A stretch of 64,000 nucleotides of DNA from Eledone cirrhosa. Taxonomy: Eukaryota. How positions within the stretch are numbered: the stretch's first letter is position 1; each line of letters starts with the position of its first letter. The notes beneath the pieces were generated by a model. That model made no database searches. It worked only from the letters and a program-made list of their open reading frames with translations, and was not told where the DNA came from. The DNA is taken from NCBI GenBank assembly GCA_964016885.1, contig CAXHJY010000212.1, forward strand, positions 62,001-126,000, read 5' to 3'. Below, in pieces: positions 61,748 through 64,000 of the stretch. A program made the position numbers and the translations under genes.

Positions 61748-62213
61748 TATATGCATGCTACTGTACGTCTGTATACATATATGTATGTACGTATACATAC
61801 ATACTTACATTTAAGTAAGTGCCATACTAAGAGTGAGAAATGAAATTTCGTTTTCATTTTTTTCAATTTATCGTTTTCGGTATGCCTGACCGATTTAACT
61901 CACTCAATATGCAAATTAGGCTGCTCAGCCGTTAATTTTCATAAGGAAAGTATATACTTTCGAACGTTCAACTATCTGGCAGATGGGTAAACGGTGCTGA
62001 TGATAGCTAACAAGCTTGAAACTAGTACATCGTTCCTGTGTCAGTGTTGAACAAAAAGGTGACGTGGTTGCCTTAACACCGTATGGCATAAATTCAGGCT
62101 GTTCGCTTTGTTGACAAACAAACGAACAAAGCGGCCGGCGTTATAATAAACGTCGGCTAAACTGATGCGTGCATATATGTATGTGTACCTGTATGCATAT
62201 GTGTGTATATATG

Positions 62214-62250
<37 letters not shown>

Positions 62251-62711
62251 GCATGCTACTGTACGTCTGTATACATATATGTATGTACGTATACATACAT
62301 ACTTACATTTAAGTAAGTGCCATACTAAGAGTGAGAAATGAAATTTCGTTTTCATTTTTTTCAATTTATCGTTTTCGGTATGCCTGACCGATTTAACTCA
62401 CTCAATATGCAAATTAGGCTGCTCAGCCGTTAATTTTCATAAGGAAAGTATATACTTTCGAACGTTCAACTATCTGGCAGATGGGTAAACGGTGCTGATG
62501 ATAGCTAACAAGCTTGAAACTAGTACATCGTTCCTGTGTCAGTGTTGAACAAAAAGGTGACGTGGTTGCCTTAACACCGTATGGCATAAATTCAGGCTGT
62601 TCGCTTTGTTGACAAACAAACGAACAAAGCGGCCGGCGTTATAATAAACGTCGGCTAAACTGATGCGTGCATATATCTATGTGTACCTGTATGCATATGT
62701 GTGTATATATG

Positions 62712-62753
<42 letters not shown>

Positions 62754-63219
62754 TATATGCATGCTACTGTACGTCTGTATACATATATGTATGTACGTAT
62801 ACATACATACTTACATTTAAGTAAGTGCCATACTAAGAGTGAGAAATGAAATTTCGTTTTCATTTTTTTCAATTTATCGTTTTCGGTATGCCTGACCGAT
62901 TTAACTCACTCAATATGCAAATTAGGCTGCTCAGCCGTTAATTTTCATAAGGAAAGTATATACTTTCGAACGTTCAACTATCTGGCAGATGGGTAAACGG
63001 TGCTGATGATAGCTAACAAGCTTGAAACTAGTACATCGTTCCTGTGTCAGTGTTGAACAAAAAGGTGACGTGGTTGCCTTAACACCGTATGGCATAAATT
63101 CAGGCTGTTCGCTTTGTTGACAAACAAACGAACAAAGCGGCCGGCGTTATAATAAACGTCGGCTAAACTGATGCGTGCATATATGTATGTGTACCTGTAT
63201 GCATATGTGTGTATATATG

Positions 63220-63277
<58 letters not shown>

Positions 63278-63491
63278 TGCATGCTACTGTACGTCTGTAT
63301 ACATATATGTATGTACGTATACATACATACTTACATTTAAGTAAGTGCCATACTAAGAGTGAGAAATGAAATTTCGTTTTCATTTTTTTCAATTTATCGT
63401 TTTCGGTATGCCTGACCGATTTAACTCACTCAATATGCAAATTAGGCTGCTCAGCCGTTAATTTTCATAAGGAAAGTATATACTTTCGAAC

Positions 63492-63578
63492 GTTCAACTA
63501 TCTGGCAGATGGGTAAACGGTGCTGATGATAGCTAACAAGCTTGAAACTAGTACATCGTTCCTGTGTCAGTGTTGAAC
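63492..63578 (+). ncRNA. Type I hammerhead ribozyme (last complete copy in window)
   Basis: Same sequence as 29147-29233. Confidence 0.85.
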
Positions 63579-63739
63579 AAAAAGGTGACGTGGTTGCCTT
63601 AACACCGTATGGCATAAATTCAGGCTGTTCGCTTTGTTGACAAACAAACGAACAAAGCGGCCGGCGTTATAATAAACGTCGGCTAAACTGATGCGTGCAT
63701 ATATGTATGTGTACCTGTATGCATATGTGTGTATATATG

Positions 63740-63776
<37 letters not shown>

Positions 63777-64000
63777 GCATGCTACTGTACGTCTGTATAC
63801 ATATATGTATGTACGTATATATACATACTTACATTTAAGTAAGTGCCATACTAAGAGTGAGAAATGAAATTTCGTTTTCATTTTTTTCAATTTATCGTTT
63901 TCGGTATGCCTGACCGATTTAACTCACTCAATATGCAAATTAGGCTGCTCAGCCGTTAATTTTCATAAGGAAAGTATATACTTTCGAACGTTCAACTATC

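Larger units (their letters stand above)
29042..64000 (+). repeat. Tandem array of ~500-bp units (498-538 bp; 69 complete + 1 partial), each with a type I hammerhead ribozyme: retrozyme-like satellite
   Basis: Recurrent unit landmarks at 29549, 30053 ... 63890; length variation almost entirely in an internal (TA)n tract; otherwise only scattered SNPs. Confidence 0.95.

Noticed and set aside
29322-63890. Repeated [18 protein letters not shown]... ORFs
   Set aside because: TTG start; the frame after the (TA)n tract shifts at random between units; no recognisable domain
29042-64000. CRISPR array, or 5S/tRNA/snRNA/SL-RNA gene array
   Set aside because: No unique spacers; no 5S, tRNA or U snRNA similarity recognised; no convincing Sm site with SL donor structure; the hammerhead fold explains the conserved segment better

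Overview
Eukaryotic, very (TA)n-rich, essentially gene-free DNA; the SINE families and microsatellite load suggest an octopus/cephalopod genome (inference). Bases 1-29 kb are a mosaic of microsatellites and retroelements: two tail-to-tail CR1/L2-type LINE copies, a 5'-truncated RTE LINE with three C2H2 fingers and a 136-bp target-site duplication, many tRNA-derived SINEs, RTE and CRE 3' remnants, a hAT-type MITE and several fold-back elements. From ~29,040 to the window end is a very homogeneous tandem array of ~500-bp units (69 complete plus one partial). Every unit carries, on the + strand, a type I hammerhead ribozyme motif: AACGGUG-CUGAUGA-stem II-GAAAC-UA-GUA^CAUCGUU, with a long extended stem I and a palindromic minimal stem III. 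Each unit also has an ATGCAAAT octamer and several hairpins. The array looks like a non-LTR retrozyme / ribozyme satellite predicted to give self-cleaved ~500-nt, possibly circular, RNAs. It starts with an inverted fragment of its own unit. The (IY)n/(YI)n and repeated MKKMKTK ORFs are artefacts of the repeats.
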